Counted from the stretch's first letter, positions 1 through 9,855 are shown. The stretch: 64,000 bases of DNA from an uncultured Thermoplasmata archaeon (GCA_963719945.1 CAVRDX010000003.1:160001-224000); one strand, 5' to 3'. Made by a program: numbers and translations. The notes: a model not told the origin generated them from the sequence alone.

Positions 1-1
1 C

Positions 2-283
2 ATATTCGAGCAATGGAGCGAATCCTGACAATGGGCTATCCTCTCCGAAATCGATGTAGACATCGGCGAGAATGGCAAGGATGGGTATCAATATCAGAAT
101 GTATTCAAGCCGGACTTCTTCGATGACCATCCTCAGCGAGAGGATGGCGATGGCAATCACGGATAGGACTATCCAGAATCGGTTGCTGACCCTTCTCGTC
201 TTCAAATCGAGATATGATGCGTACCCGAGGATGGAACCTGCGGCGATTATTTGGATGATGGTTATGTATGTTGTATCGTCCAC
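2..283 (-). CDS. Prepilin/preflagellin peptidase (A24, FlaK/PibD-like); N-terminal part only, runs off the window start
   Basis: Not in the ORF track. Manual translation from GTG 283 gives MDDTTYITIIQIIAAGSILGYASYLDLKTRRVSNRFWIVLSV..., containing the A24 motif AS-x-D-x-K-x-R-x-V-x-N after a hydrophobic helix. Confidence 0.75.
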   Translation of the reverse strand, partial: MDDTTYITIIQIIAAGSILGYASYLDLKTRRVSNRFWIVLSVIAIAILSLRMVIEEVRLEYILILIPILAILADVYIDFGEDSPLSGFAPLLEY

Positions 284-367
284 GCGAGAGCATTATTATG
301 TCCATACTTAAGTCATTCGAGATTGCATTCGCAAGTCTGATTGTCTGATTCGACGATCATGGGCTCA

Positions 368-1276
368 TCATGCCAATTCTAGCCCCAGATCAATGGCCAT
401 CCTGACTGCCCTTCCATGCTCTGCATTCGAGAGCTTGTGCTTTAGTTCGGGGTGCTCCGATGCCCTGTGTTCTGGTCTATATTGCCCCATAACGTTTACG
501 ATGACATCCTCGAGATTATCCGATATCCATGTCAGTACTGGCATGGTGCAGCATTCCAGATGGCCGGGCAGGACGAGATGCCTTATGATCATCTCTGCAC
601 CTTCTCTTGCTATGAGATGATTCCTCTTTACTATTCTCATATACTCTGGGACATTGGACAACCTTAGCGCGCACGCGTCGTTCCCATACTTGAAATCTGA
701 AAGATATATGTCTATTACACCATTCAATAATCCCATCGCATCATCCGTCATGTACATGTTTGAGTTCCAGATTTGAGGAAGATTAACATCGCAATTCTTC
801 ATAGTCTCAAGCACATAATGGGTGTGGGCTGTCGGGTCGCCTCCCACCCAGTTGACATTCCTTGAACCTTGAACCGCTCTTCTCTTGATGATCGCTGCCA
901 ATGCATCTGGCAGAATCTCAGCCCCAGATTCCGGACTGGTGCTGATATCCCAGTTCTGACAATATGAGCAATCGAAAGTGCAGCCTGTGAAGAATATCGT
1001 GTGGGATGGTATCAGATCCGTTTCCTCTCCCATATGCAGAAACTCGGCCGATATTCTGGTATTGAGGACGCCACAGTGACCTCTCTCTCCTTTGGATCGA
1101 TCTACGCCGCATCGTCGCTCACAGAACCCACAGTGTCTTAGCATGGCCCCCGCTCTCTCAAGCTTCGCATGCATAGATGCGTCTGATCTCTCTGGGTGCG
1201 ATTTTGCGATCAGGTAGCGCGCTTTGGACTTCCCATCCAGTATTGAATTGTAGTGTGTCAGGGCCTTCGAAACCAT
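368..1276 (-). CDS. pflX: Radical SAM protein, PflX / pyruvate-formate-lyase-activating-enzyme-like
   Basis: CGFCERRCGVDR N-terminal motif, HMGEE, GCTFDCSYCQNW (CxxxCxxC), VGGDPT, IIRHLVLPGH. Confidence 0.85.
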   Translation of the reverse strand: MVSKALTHYNSILDGKSKARYLIAKSHPERSDASMHAKLERAGAMLRHCGFCERRCGVDRSKGERGHCGVLNTRISAEFLHMGEETDLIPSHTIFFTGCTFDCSYCQNWDISTSPESGAEILPDALAAIIKRRAVQGSRNVNWVGGDPTAHTHYVLETMKNCDVNLPQIWNSNMYMTDDAMGLLNGVIDIYLSDFKYGNDACALRLSNVPEYMRIVKRNHLIAREGAEMIIRHLVLPGHLECCTMPVLTWISDNLEDVIVNVMGQYRPEHRASEHPELKHKLSNAEHGRAVRMAIDLGLELA

Positions 1277-1334
1277 CTATCGTGTATCTGTCTCTGCACA
1301 GATTAAATAGCTATATCGCCAGTGCCTTCACTGG

Positions 1335-2309
1335 ATGCAATCAGATTCTCTGGAGTCGATCCCTGACATATGGCAATCCACATACGATATCATCTCACAG
1401 GTGCCCAAAGGAAGGATAACCACTTATGGTGCGGTTGCCAGGGCCTTGGGCGATATCATCGCAAGCAGGTTCGTCGGCCTTGCTGTCAGTCAGAACGAAA
1501 ACAGGTGTAGAGTCCCCTTTCATAGAGTCATCAGTTCGAACGGCCAAATCGGAGGGCATTCCCGAAACTCCTCTGAACGGAAGAGTGCTCTGCTCGAAGT
1601 TGAAGGGATAGATGTCAGCTCAGGAAAAGTGCATGACCTGGAATCTGTCCTGTTCGACGAATTCGAAACAACCTACCCTCTACAAGAATTGAAACAGCGT
1701 CAGAGAGTACTCAGGCGGAAGGTAGCGATTCCTTCAAGAGACATCGGGGTCGATCATATCGCAGGAATCGATGTCGCATACTCTGGTGACCAGGCCTTTG
1801 TATCCCTTGTCATATTCGATGCGGGTACTGGCGATGAGGTCGAGCGGCGTGTCCTCGAGAACAATGTAGGGTTCCCTTATATTCCGTCTTATTTGGCATT
1901 TCGAGAATTGCCATTGATCATGCCCCTGTCGAATTCGTTGAACGAGCGGACAGTTCTGATTTATGACGGGAATGGGACACTACACCCTGAGCGATTCGGC
2001 ATTGCCTGTCATGCAGGCGTGGAACTGGGAATCCCAACAATAGGTGTCGCCAAGAAGCTACTCTGTGGAACCCCGTGCGGTAGGTCATTCAAGAACGCCC
2101 GAGAGGTCAGGCTGAATGATGAGGTCGTTGGGTATGAGTATTCCACGAGCGGGTCGGGAAGACCGATATACGTGTCGGCGGGCAACGGCATATCTCAGAA
2201 ACAGGCACTGACTATTGTTGGGAGAATGACGGGGCATCGTATACCTGAGCCCACACGGCTAGCTCATATTGCCGCGGGCAATGCGCGTCGGGCGAAAACT
2301 CACAAATAG
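1335..2309 (+). CDS. nfi: O6-alkylguanine alkyltransferase-like (ATL/Ogt DNA-binding) domain fused to endonuclease V
   Basis: N-terminus VPKGRITTYGAVA...SRFVG...PFHRV. C-terminus has the EndoV motifs AGIDVAY, PYIPSYLAFRE, YDGNGTLHP, GVAKKLL, PEPTRLAH. Confidence 0.9.
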   Translation: MQSDSLESIPDIWQSTYDIISQVPKGRITTYGAVARALGDIIASRFVGLAVSQNENRCRVPFHRVISSNGQIGGHSRNSSERKSALLEVEGIDVSSGKVHDLESVLFDEFETTYPLQELKQRQRVLRRKVAIPSRDIGVDHIAGIDVAYSGDQAFVSLVIFDAGTGDEVERRVLENNVGFPYIPSYLAFRELPLIMPLSNSLNERTVLIYDGNGTLHPERFGIACHAGVELGIPTIGVAKKLLCGTPCGRSFKNAREVRLNDEVVGYEYSTSGSGRPIYVSAGNGISQKQALTIVGRMTGHRIPEPTRLAHIAAGNARRAKTHK

Positions 2310-2333
2310 ACGGGTCACAGTGGGTGTCAATCG

Positions 2334-3248
2334 ATGCGTATCTGCGTGTTTGGTGCGGGCTCCCTTGGCAGTGCGATAGGGGGATTGTTATCATCGAAGC
2401 ATGAGCTTACCCTGGTGGGTAGGGACCCTCACATCGGTGCGATCAATAGCAGCGGATTGAGAATCACGGGTAGCCGAAATCTGTCCGTCTCCCTAGATGC
2501 AAGGACGACAATTGCCGGAATTCCTCAGCCAGAATTATTGATAATCACGGTCAAAGCCTTTGATACAGAATCTGCCATTGCTATCTGTCGACCCATGATC
2601 GGAGAGGATACCATGGTGCTCACTCTCCAGAATGGACTGGGAAATCTCGAAGCATTGAGATCCTGGAAAGGCGCGAAGGCTTTTGGCGGATCGACGACCT
2701 TGGGCGCGATGCTCGAATCACCAGGCACTGTTCGCCTCTCCGGACTCGGAAGGACGGTTATCGGATCCGATATCGATCCAGATGGCGCATCTGAGATTGC
2801 CAACGCACTATCCGAATCAGGAATCCCGGCGACTACTGGCGAGAATGTTATTAGGGAGATATGGTCAAAAGCAATCGTGAGCGCTTCGATAAACCCTCTG
2901 ACTGCGGTATTGCGCATCTCGAACGGGGAACTGTTGGTTAGCGATGTTATATCGCGCTTGATGGATGAAGTGTGCTCGGAATGTGTTGCCATCGCCAATG
3001 CAGCTGGGATACCCCTCCCGCTTGGACCCATGCCTGAGCGAGTACGCCAGGTGGCGAAGGAGACATCCTCGAACAGGTCGAGTATGTTGAGGGATATCGA
3101 ATTGGGTAGAAGAACAGAGATCCATCAGATAACTGGCATCATGTGCAAGTACGCTGCATCTCTTGCCGTGCCTGCACCTCTGAATCGCACATTATTGGCC
3201 ATGGTCGAATCGCTGGCTGTCCCTCGTGGAGAAAGGTTAATATCGTAA
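2334..3248 (+). CDS. panE: 2-dehydropantoate 2-reductase (ketopantoate reductase)
   Basis: GAGSLG Rossmann motif, VKAFDT, LQNGLG, WSKAIVSASINPL, SSMLRDI..GRRTEI. Confidence 0.92.
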   Translation: MRICVFGAGSLGSAIGGLLSSKHELTLVGRDPHIGAINSSGLRITGSRNLSVSLDARTTIAGIPQPELLIITVKAFDTESAIAICRPMIGEDTMVLTLQNGLGNLEALRSWKGAKAFGGSTTLGAMLESPGTVRLSGLGRTVIGSDIDPDGASEIANALSESGIPATTGENVIREIWSKAIVSASINPLTAVLRISNGELLVSDVISRLMDEVCSECVAIANAAGIPLPLGPMPERVRQVAKETSSNRSSMLRDIELGRRTEIHQITGIMCKYAASLAVPAPLNRTLLAMVESLAVPRGERLIS

Positions 3249-3275
3249 CAAGCTACTCTTCCGCACCGTGATAAG

Positions 3276-3914
3276 ATGGTAGATGTGAAGGAGCTAGCCG
3301 CCAACGCCAAAGTGCTCAGGAAGAAAGGCCTGAGTGTGAGGGAGATAGCCGACGAATTGCACCTTTCTATTGATACGGTCAACTATCTGATTGAGTATGG
3401 GGCGGAAGGATTGCCGCCATCCGATGTGAAGATCGGATGGAGATCCATTGGAGTGTCTGGTTACAGGATCGGACTCCTGTCCGAAATGCTTGCAGACATC
3501 GCCCTTGAGGAACTCTCGAAGAGGGACAAACTGGCAGATGTGATCCTCGGCATATCCATCAACGGAATCCCGTTCGCTACGAAGCTGTCCGAGATAATGG
3601 ACCTCGACTTCGGGGTATATAGACCGCATTCGGAGACAGAATCCGGCGGAGCTTTCAGCTCGAACTTCGCATCTCCGGGTGATGGTAAGAAGATCATCGT
3701 GATTGATGATGTTCTTAGCACTGGCGCAACGATCAAAGGTGCCATTACAGATATCCGCGAGGCTGGAGGAGACCCGGTCCTGGTCCTTGTCATTGTCAAC
3801 AAGAGCAGCCTGAACGAGATCGATGGTGTGCCGCTCAGAGGACTTATCCGATCGAGATCTCTCGGCGGTACGATCCTCGGAGGAGCTGCCAAGAAAGGCT
3901 TCCCGTACGATTAG
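3276..3914 (+). CDS. gfcR: PyrE-like protein with N-terminal HTH (GfcR-type transcriptional regulator)
   Basis: GLSVREIADELHLSIDTV HTH, D(V)KIGWRSIG, PRT motif IIVIDDVLSTGAT. Confidence 0.8.
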   Translation: MVDVKELAANAKVLRKKGLSVREIADELHLSIDTVNYLIEYGAEGLPPSDVKIGWRSIGVSGYRIGLLSEMLADIALEELSKRDKLADVILGISINGIPFATKLSEIMDLDFGVYRPHSETESGGAFSSNFASPGDGKKIIVIDDVLSTGATIKGAITDIREAGGDPVLVLVIVNKSSLNEIDGVPLRGLIRSRSLGGTILGGAAKKGFPYD

Positions 3915-5134
3915 AATTTCTTCGCGGAGAGCCTGAGAGCCTCTAGGACGGGCATAGATTTGCCCAGCATGAATCGTTCTAGGGCACCTCCTCCCGTGCT
4001 GCAGTATGAGAATCTGCCCATGAGACCCAGCTTGTTAGCTGCTGCACTGGAATGCCCTCCACCAATAACTGAGAACGCCCCTGATTCCACTATCGCTTCG
4101 TAGATTGCCTTTGTCCCAGTCGCGAAGGCCTCCCTCTCGAAGACTCCGGGCGGTCCAGATAGGAATATGGTTTTTGATTTGAGTATTATCTCGGAGTATG
4201 TAGTGATGGTCTTGGGTCCTATGTCTAGGATCCCAGCATCGACTGGTAGTTCATCGATATCGAACTCAGCTCGTGCTCCGTCGACGTCTATTGCTGCATC
4301 TGAGGGTAGGATGATCTTATCAGAATGCTTTTCGTAGAGTCTCCTTGCAGACTCAGCAACCTCGGACCCTGCCACATCCTTCTCGATGAGTCTTTCCGTT
4401 TTCGAGCCAACTCTCTTCCCGAGACACCATAGGAATCCGTAGCCTGCAAGTCCCGCCACCAAGATGTGGTCCACATTGTCCTCCTCGACAAGTTTGGAGA
4501 TCGCCTGCAGCGCATCGGAGAGTTTCTTCCCTCCGAATATATAGGTCGATGGTCTCTTGGGATTCTGGAATACTTCGGTGAGAGTCGACACTTCCTTCTC
4601 AAGGAGTCTCCCCGCGGCAGAAGGCATCGCACTCGCGAACCCCACCAGCGAGGCGTGAGTTCTATGGGATGATGCGAAAGCATCATTGATGAATATGTCG
4701 AATTTTGGCGCGAGCTCCTTCACGAGCTCTGATTGGGCATGCTCATCGGGAGTCCGACTGAGCTGCTCCTCAGAGAAGAATCTGACATTCTTCATCAGGA
4801 TGCACTCACCCTCGGTCATGCCGTCTATGATCTTCTGAGCGTATCCGCCGAACAAGTCATCGACATACTTGACCTTCCGTCCGAGATACTTCGTAAGATA
4901 GTTCGCGTGCTCGTTCAGTGGTATGAAATCATAATCGCCGGGTCTTCCTTGGTGAGCCAGGACGACTACCTTGGCCCCGCGGTCGAGTAGCTCTCTGATG
5001 GTTGGGACGGAAGACAATATCTTCGACCCATCTTCAAGCATCAGGGTCTTTTCATCCACAGGCGAATTGATGTCGACTCTTAGAAGCACCTTCTTGCCAT
5101 GCAGGTCAAAGTCATCCAGTGTATTGAAACCCAT
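3911..5134 (-). CDS. pgk: Phosphoglycerate kinase
   Basis: LLRVDINSP, AHQGRPG, NDAFASSHR, GPPGVFE, GGGHS, STGGGA. Start moved to ATG 5134, which follows a GAGGGG SD. Confidence 0.96.
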   Translation of the reverse strand: MGFNTLDDFDLHGKKVLLRVDINSPVDEKTLMLEDGSKILSSVPTIRELLDRGAKVVVLAHQGRPGDYDFIPLNEHANYLTKYLGRKVKYVDDLFGGYAQKIIDGMTEGECILMKNVRFFSEEQLSRTPDEHAQSELVKELAPKFDIFINDAFASSHRTHASLVGFASAMPSAAGRLLEKEVSTLTEVFQNPKRPSTYIFGGKKLSDALQAISKLVEEDNVDHILVAGLAGYGFLWCLGKRVGSKTERLIEKDVAGSEVAESARRLYEKHSDKIILPSDAAIDVDGARAEFDIDELPVDAGILDIGPKTITTYSEIILKSKTIFLSGPPGVFEREAFATGTKAIYEAIVESGAFSVIGGGHSSAAANKLGLMGRFSYCSTGGGALERFMLGKSMPVLEALRLSAKKF

Positions 5135-5440
5135 CCGACTCGCCCCCTCACATATCCTGTCGGAGACTGTCCCCTTATGATGCCTGTTGCTCGTGTGAAT
5201 CGGTCCGCGCTTGTGCGCCGAACCTCCTGAACCGTTCTTCAACACCGGAGCCCCCATGCTCCGGCAAAGCCGGAACAGACTGCGGAAATCATCTGGTGTA
5301 CCACAATGAACGTTCCATATAAATCCTTGGCGACGCTATCAACGAGTGGAAGCAGATAGAAAGTATTTAGATGGGGAGTGGCGATTGGTAAATGTGGATG
5401 CGTTTAACAGCGGTTTTTGCCACAATGATTCAAGAAAGGA

Positions 5441-6604
5441 GTGTTTGATTTGAAGGCTATTGCGATAGACAAGCTGCTCGTGAAGGACATTATGACCCAG
5501 TCTCCACTGACCGCAGATAAGGGTGAGACCGTCTCTCAAATGATATCCAAGATGAGGAAGAACAAGGTCCGGGAGATACCGATTGTTGAAGGAGGCAAAC
5601 CGCTGGGCCTGGTTAGCTACAAGGCCCTATTGGCTCGAAGGAACGTTCCGCTGACAGCCAAAGTCGAGCATATCATGATCCCCTGTCCGAATTTGGAGGA
5701 AGACATGAGCGTGCTACATGCGGCCGAGGAACTGATGTTGGCGGGTGTCCGCGGGGCCCCAGTGGTCAGGAACCACAAGATGGTGGGCTTCCTGTCCCGG
5801 ACCGATATCGTGAAGGTTTTGCCGCAGGTCGACGAATTGAAGGGGCGCATGGTCCAGGATTTCATGAGCAAGACTCCCCAGTCGGTCACCGAGAAGGAGA
5901 CCATCCGAAAGGCCCAGATCATCATGAAGGGTTTGGATGAGAAGGGGTTGCCCGTCGTCGATGATATCGGTCATCTGATCGGTGCCATAGGTATGACCGA
6001 GATCATGGACGTGATGTGGTCGCCGAAGGCTTCGAAGCCTCCAAATGAGATCAAGGGCTCGGACCGACAGGCCGCCGACATTCGAGTCGGGAGCGTCATG
6101 AACCGATCCCCTGTCTACATCTCCCCTACAGATACCGTCGAGAAGGCGGTCTCAATCATGCTCAAGAAGAACCTGTCCACTCTATTCGTGACTGATGAGA
6201 ACAAGCTCATCGGGGTCGTGTCCCAATTCGATCTGATGGAGCAGGTCATCAGCCTCAAACCGAGAGAGGGCGTCTATGTCCAGATAACTGGCCTCGACTT
6301 CGATGATCCCGAAGTGTACGATGTCCTTTACGAACTCATTGGGAAAGCTATGAAGAGGATTGACAGGTTCGAATCGCCCCGAGTGTTCACCCTCCATGCG
6401 AGCGTACACAATCTGGACGGTTTGAAGAGTAAGTACGGCCTGGGCGCAAGACTCACCACTGCGAAAAACATGTACTATGGCAAGATTGTGGATTGGGATT
6501 TATACAAGGCCATGGACGAGCTGCTCAATACGCTCGAGAGGAATGTCAAGCGGGATCACGAGAAGCAACTCGACCAAGTCAAGAAACGGAAATCCAAACT
6601 ATAG
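5441..6604 (+). CDS. Four-CBS-domain protein with C-terminal HPF/RaiA-like domain (candidate archaeal ribosome hibernation factor)
   Basis: Two CBS pairs (VKDIMT, VEHIMI, VQDFMS, VGSVMN). C-terminal ~110 aa (VYVQITG...DWDLYKAMDELLNTLERNV) resembles the HPF/RaiA D(L/M)Y-x-A-x-D-xxxx-LER signature. Confidence 0.75.
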   Translation: MFDLKAIAIDKLLVKDIMTQSPLTADKGETVSQMISKMRKNKVREIPIVEGGKPLGLVSYKALLARRNVPLTAKVEHIMIPCPNLEEDMSVLHAAEELMLAGVRGAPVVRNHKMVGFLSRTDIVKVLPQVDELKGRMVQDFMSKTPQSVTEKETIRKAQIIMKGLDEKGLPVVDDIGHLIGAIGMTEIMDVMWSPKASKPPNEIKGSDRQAADIRVGSVMNRSPVYISPTDTVEKAVSIMLKKNLSTLFVTDENKLIGVVSQFDLMEQVISLKPREGVYVQITGLDFDDPEVYDVLYELIGKAMKRIDRFESPRVFTLHASVHNLDGLKSKYGLGARLTTAKNMYYGKIVDWDLYKAMDELLNTLERNVKRDHEKQLDQVKKRKSKL

Positions 6605-7606
6605 ATCCCAATACTCGGACGCATTCCGTTTGCATCGTTCAATCACGCTGCGTCCGAGGCAGCTGTTGTCTATCATGTCAGTGAACTCCATTGGCACTTC
6701 GACTCCTTGCATTGCGCCATAGGCTCCCGTAACCACTTCCGCCAGTGATGGCACGTCATACCCTCCTTCGAGCATGAACGTCGCCCTGTTGTTGCAGCTC
6801 TTGGCCAATTCCAGAAGACTCCTGACCTGTCGCACATGTCCATCTGAGGACAGGCTGAGGGATGCGAGAGGGTCCCTGTAGTGATTATCTACTCCCAAGC
6901 TCACTAATATCGCATCTGGAGCGAACTGCTCCAGTACCGGCTTCAAGAAATCATTGTAGGCCACGTCGTATGTGGAATCTCCACATCCGGACGGGAATGG
7001 CATGTTGAAATTGAACCCCTTCCCTTCTCCTTTGCCGACGAAATCCACATTCCCAGTTCCTGGGAATATGCCCGTCTGATGTGTGGATATATAAAGGACA
7101 TGGGGGTCGCTCGCGAATATTTGCTCAGTCCCGTTTCCGTGATGGACATCCAAGTCGACGATGGCGATCTTACTATCTCCATTCTTGAGAAGATACTTCG
7201 CAGCTATCGATATGTTGTTGAAATAGCAGAATCCCATCCCATAGTTCGGTCCAGAATGGTGGCCAGGTGGTCTCGTCATCGCCAGAGCCGGTTTTCCAGA
7301 ATCCTTGGAGAACCGCACGGCATCAATTGCGCACTCTGCAGAAAGGGCGGCTATTTCATAGGTCTCGTGATGTACTCTGGTATCCATGGTCAGGCTGCAT
7401 TCGCCACAGGTTTCGAGAAAGTCGATGTAATCGCTGTCATGGACGAGTTCCAGGTGCGCCCTCTGTCCCATCTTCGATGCCCTTACATCCCTCCACAAAT
7501 CGTGGGCCTTCAGCTTCTGCACGATCCCACGCAGTCTCTCTGGTGATTCAGGATGGAATGGGTCCTGTACATGCCCGTAGAATTCCTCGTTGAAGAATAT
7601 GGCCAC
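6599..7606 (-). CDS. Histone deacetylase family / AcuC-like amidohydrolase
   Basis: HPESPERL, RPPGHH, GFCYFNN, DLDVHHGNGT, LEGGY. Confidence 0.93.
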   Translation of the reverse strand: MAIFFNEEFYGHVQDPFHPESPERLRGIVQKLKAHDLWRDVRASKMGQRAHLELVHDSDYIDFLETCGECSLTMDTRVHHETYEIAALSAECAIDAVRFSKDSGKPALAMTRPPGHHSGPNYGMGFCYFNNISIAAKYLLKNGDSKIAIVDLDVHHGNGTEQIFASDPHVLYISTHQTGIFPGTGNVDFVGKGEGKGFNFNMPFPSGCGDSTYDVAYNDFLKPVLEQFAPDAILVSLGVDNHYRDPLASLSLSSDGHVRQVRSLLELAKSCNNRATFMLEGGYDVPSLAEVVTGAYGAMQGVEVPMEFTDMIDNSCLGRSVIERCKRNASEYWDL

Positions 7607-7702
7607 GTAACTCCCTTAATCGAGTCTCCGTAGATAAGCGTTATCTCAGACACTGACTGACTTGCGCAATGTTCATATCGGATCGGATTCCCTTTCACTT
7701 CC

Positions 7703-8302
7703 ATGATTGATTCGACCATTCGATATTTCGACTCGCCTGGTAAGAGGAACACCGATCATGTCATGGATGCTGTGGCCAGACGGTTGGAACTCGGTGGCAT
7801 CACACACATTGTCGTTGCCAGCAATTCCGGATATACCGTCGAGAGGTTGCTCTCCAGAATTGTCGGCATTCCTGTCAAGGTTGTGGCGGTCACCCATCAT
7901 TGCGGATTCGAGGCGGAAGGAGAATGCGAGATGGGACGGGATGTGGAAGATTCGCTTAACTCCAAAGGTGTGCGGATCGTGAGAGCTTCGCACGTGTTAT
8001 CTGGCATAGAACGTTCAATCACCAGAAAGCTGGGTGGCGCATCTCGCCTGGAGGCGATTTCGGAATCCTTGCGGGCCCTCTTCGGCCAAGGACTCAAAGT
8101 ATGCGTCGAGATCACGGTGATGGCTGCTGATAACGGAGCGATTCCTTGCGGAGATCTCGAAGTAATGGCCATCGGCGGCACGGGGACTGGGGCAGATACC
8201 GCCTGTGTTGTCAGGCCAGCTCATGCGAATTCCTTTTTCGATTTCGAGATACGGGAGATACTTGCGATTCCAAGGGTCAAGCGAAAGGGAAAGCGAAAGT
8301 AA
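7703..8302 (+). CDS. Pyruvate kinase C-terminal alpha/beta domain protein (conserved archaeal)
   Basis: YFDSPGKRNT, VVASNSG, VTHHCG, FGQGLKVCVEITVMAAD, GGTGTGADTA. Confidence 0.85.
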   Translation: MIDSTIRYFDSPGKRNTDHVMDAVARRLELGGITHIVVASNSGYTVERLLSRIVGIPVKVVAVTHHCGFEAEGECEMGRDVEDSLNSKGVRIVRASHVLSGIERSITRKLGGASRLEAISESLRALFGQGLKVCVEITVMAADNGAIPCGDLEVMAIGGTGTGADTACVVRPAHANSFFDFEIREILAIPRVKRKGKRK

Positions 8303-8340
8303 CATATGCTCGGGACAGTCGTCCCAATAGTGGTAGGGAC

Positions 8341-8724
8341 ATGAGTGTCGAACAGCTTGTGGTAATGATCATAGCATTGATACTCGTGGTATTGATCTTC
8401 TTCGTCAGTGCGTCTCTGGTTGGCGGGGATTGGTCGATGGATGGGTCTTATGCCCTACGTCTTGTGCTCATATCTTTCATGGCCGTTCTGGTTATTCCGC
8501 TTCTCAGAAACATCGCCTCAGAGGCGGATTTCGGAGACCTCGGGTTGTTACTCGCTTTTGTAGTGCTCGTCGTGGCCGTCAGGTTCGTCCTTGTGGAGGA
8601 ACTGCCAGTGTCCGATGATTGGGCAGCTTCGCTAGTCATATCTTTTATAGGGGTCATCCTAATTTATTTGGTCGAGGAGATCGCCCAGAGAGTCTTCGAT
8701 GTGCACATGCTTGCGGTATTCTAG
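8341..8724 (+). CDS. Hypothetical membrane protein (~4 TM)
   Basis: Hydrophobic 127-aa ORF from ATG 8341. Confidence 0.7.
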   Translation: MSVEQLVVMIIALILVVLIFFVSASLVGGDWSMDGSYALRLVLISFMAVLVIPLLRNIASEADFGDLGLLLAFVVLVVAVRFVLVEELPVSDDWAASLVISFIGVILIYLVEEIAQRVFDVHMLAVF

Positions 8725-9806
8725 ATACTTCTGAACTCCTTTGTGCATGGGGTGAGTATCTGGCAACCCTTCTTGGTGATTAGCACATCATCCTCTATGC
8801 GCACCCCACCGAACCCCTTTATGTATGCGCCGGGCTCGACTGTAAGGACCATTCCTTCCTCCAGGGTCATATCCCTTGCGTATGATATCGCACCTGGGTC
8901 ATGGACCGACATTCCAAGGCCGTGTCCTGTACTATGAATGAATCGTCCTCTGAACTTGCTCCTGTCGATGACTCCCCTCGCTGCCAGATCCACTTCCTTA
9001 CCACTGACGCCTGCATGGATCGCATCGATGGCAGCCATCTGTGCTTCGAGGACCGTCTCGTACATCTCCTTCTGTCTTTGATTCGGCTGCCCGCAAATGA
9101 AAGTCCTGGTTATGTCCGACACATATCTCTTGTACTCAGCGCCAAAATCGAACAATGCGAGCTGTCCTTTTCTCAACCTCTTCTGGCCGGGATAGTAATG
9201 CGGCTCAGCGCTGCTCGCTCCAAAAGCGACTGCAGTGACGAAAGCCGGTCCCGCGGCCCCGAGTCTCATCATCATGTGATTGAGTTCCGCAGCGCCCTCG
9301 GTCTCAGTGTGTCCTTCCGAGACCATATCCGGTATCTTCTCAGCAGCCAATGTGGCGATCTTGCAGGCTTTCTTGATTCTGATGATTTCATCGGGTTGCT
9401 TCAACATTCGGGCATTCTCGATATCCTGTGAGACATCGAGCAACCTGATACCCTTGGCCGCTTTCTTGATCTTGAGATAATTGGCGTGTGTCAACTCGCG
9501 CGCGTTGACCCCTACCGTTCGGTACCCCTTCAGCTTCCTTTCCAGTAACTTGGCACGGTGTTCAGTGCTTTCGAATACCGTCGTCTTCACTCCGGAGGTC
9601 TCTGCACTGAGTTCTTCCAGCTCCGAACTGATCACCTCGGTCTTCTTGGGGGTGACAATGGCTATGCATCCTTCGAAAAGACCGTTTGGGATGCCAGTGG
9701 CATAGAAGAAGCTCTTGTCCAGGTTCGGGTCCGTACCATTCATTAGCACTACAGCGTCCACTTCGGTCTTCATGGACGCAAAGATGCACTTCTCCTTCGT
9801 CGGCAA
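8721..9806 (-). CDS. pepQ: Xaa-Pro aminopeptidase/prolidase (M24)
   Basis: FDFGA..YVSDITRT, HSTGHGLG..VHD, TVEPG.Y, GVRIEDD. Probable TTG start at 9806; ATG 9773 is the alternative. Confidence 0.9.
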   Translation of the reverse strand: MPTKEKCIFASMKTEVDAVVLMNGTDPNLDKSFFYATGIPNGLFEGCIAIVTPKKTEVISSELEELSAETSGVKTTVFESTEHRAKLLERKLKGYRTVGVNARELTHANYLKIKKAAKGIRLLDVSQDIENARMLKQPDEIIRIKKACKIATLAAEKIPDMVSEGHTETEGAAELNHMMMRLGAAGPAFVTAVAFGASSAEPHYYPGQKRLRKGQLALFDFGAEYKRYVSDITRTFICGQPNQRQKEMYETVLEAQMAAIDAIHAGVSGKEVDLAARGVIDRSKFRGRFIHSTGHGLGMSVHDPGAISYARDMTLEEGMVLTVEPGAYIKGFGGVRIEDDVLITKKGCQILTPCTKEFRSI

Positions 9807-9855
9807 GTGATCACTGGCAGAATAATGTGTGTCACGATATAAGAGGTTGATGAGC

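Noticed and set aside
5135-5300. 41-aa N-terminal extension of Pgk, or a C/D box sRNA
   Set aside because: A good SD precedes ATG 5134 and the extension is not Pgk-like; canonical C and D boxes are not present.
3911-8724. Overlapping stop codons of convergent genes (3911-3914, 6599-6604, 8721-8724)
   Set aside because: Common in compact archaeal genomes; nothing suggests a special function.
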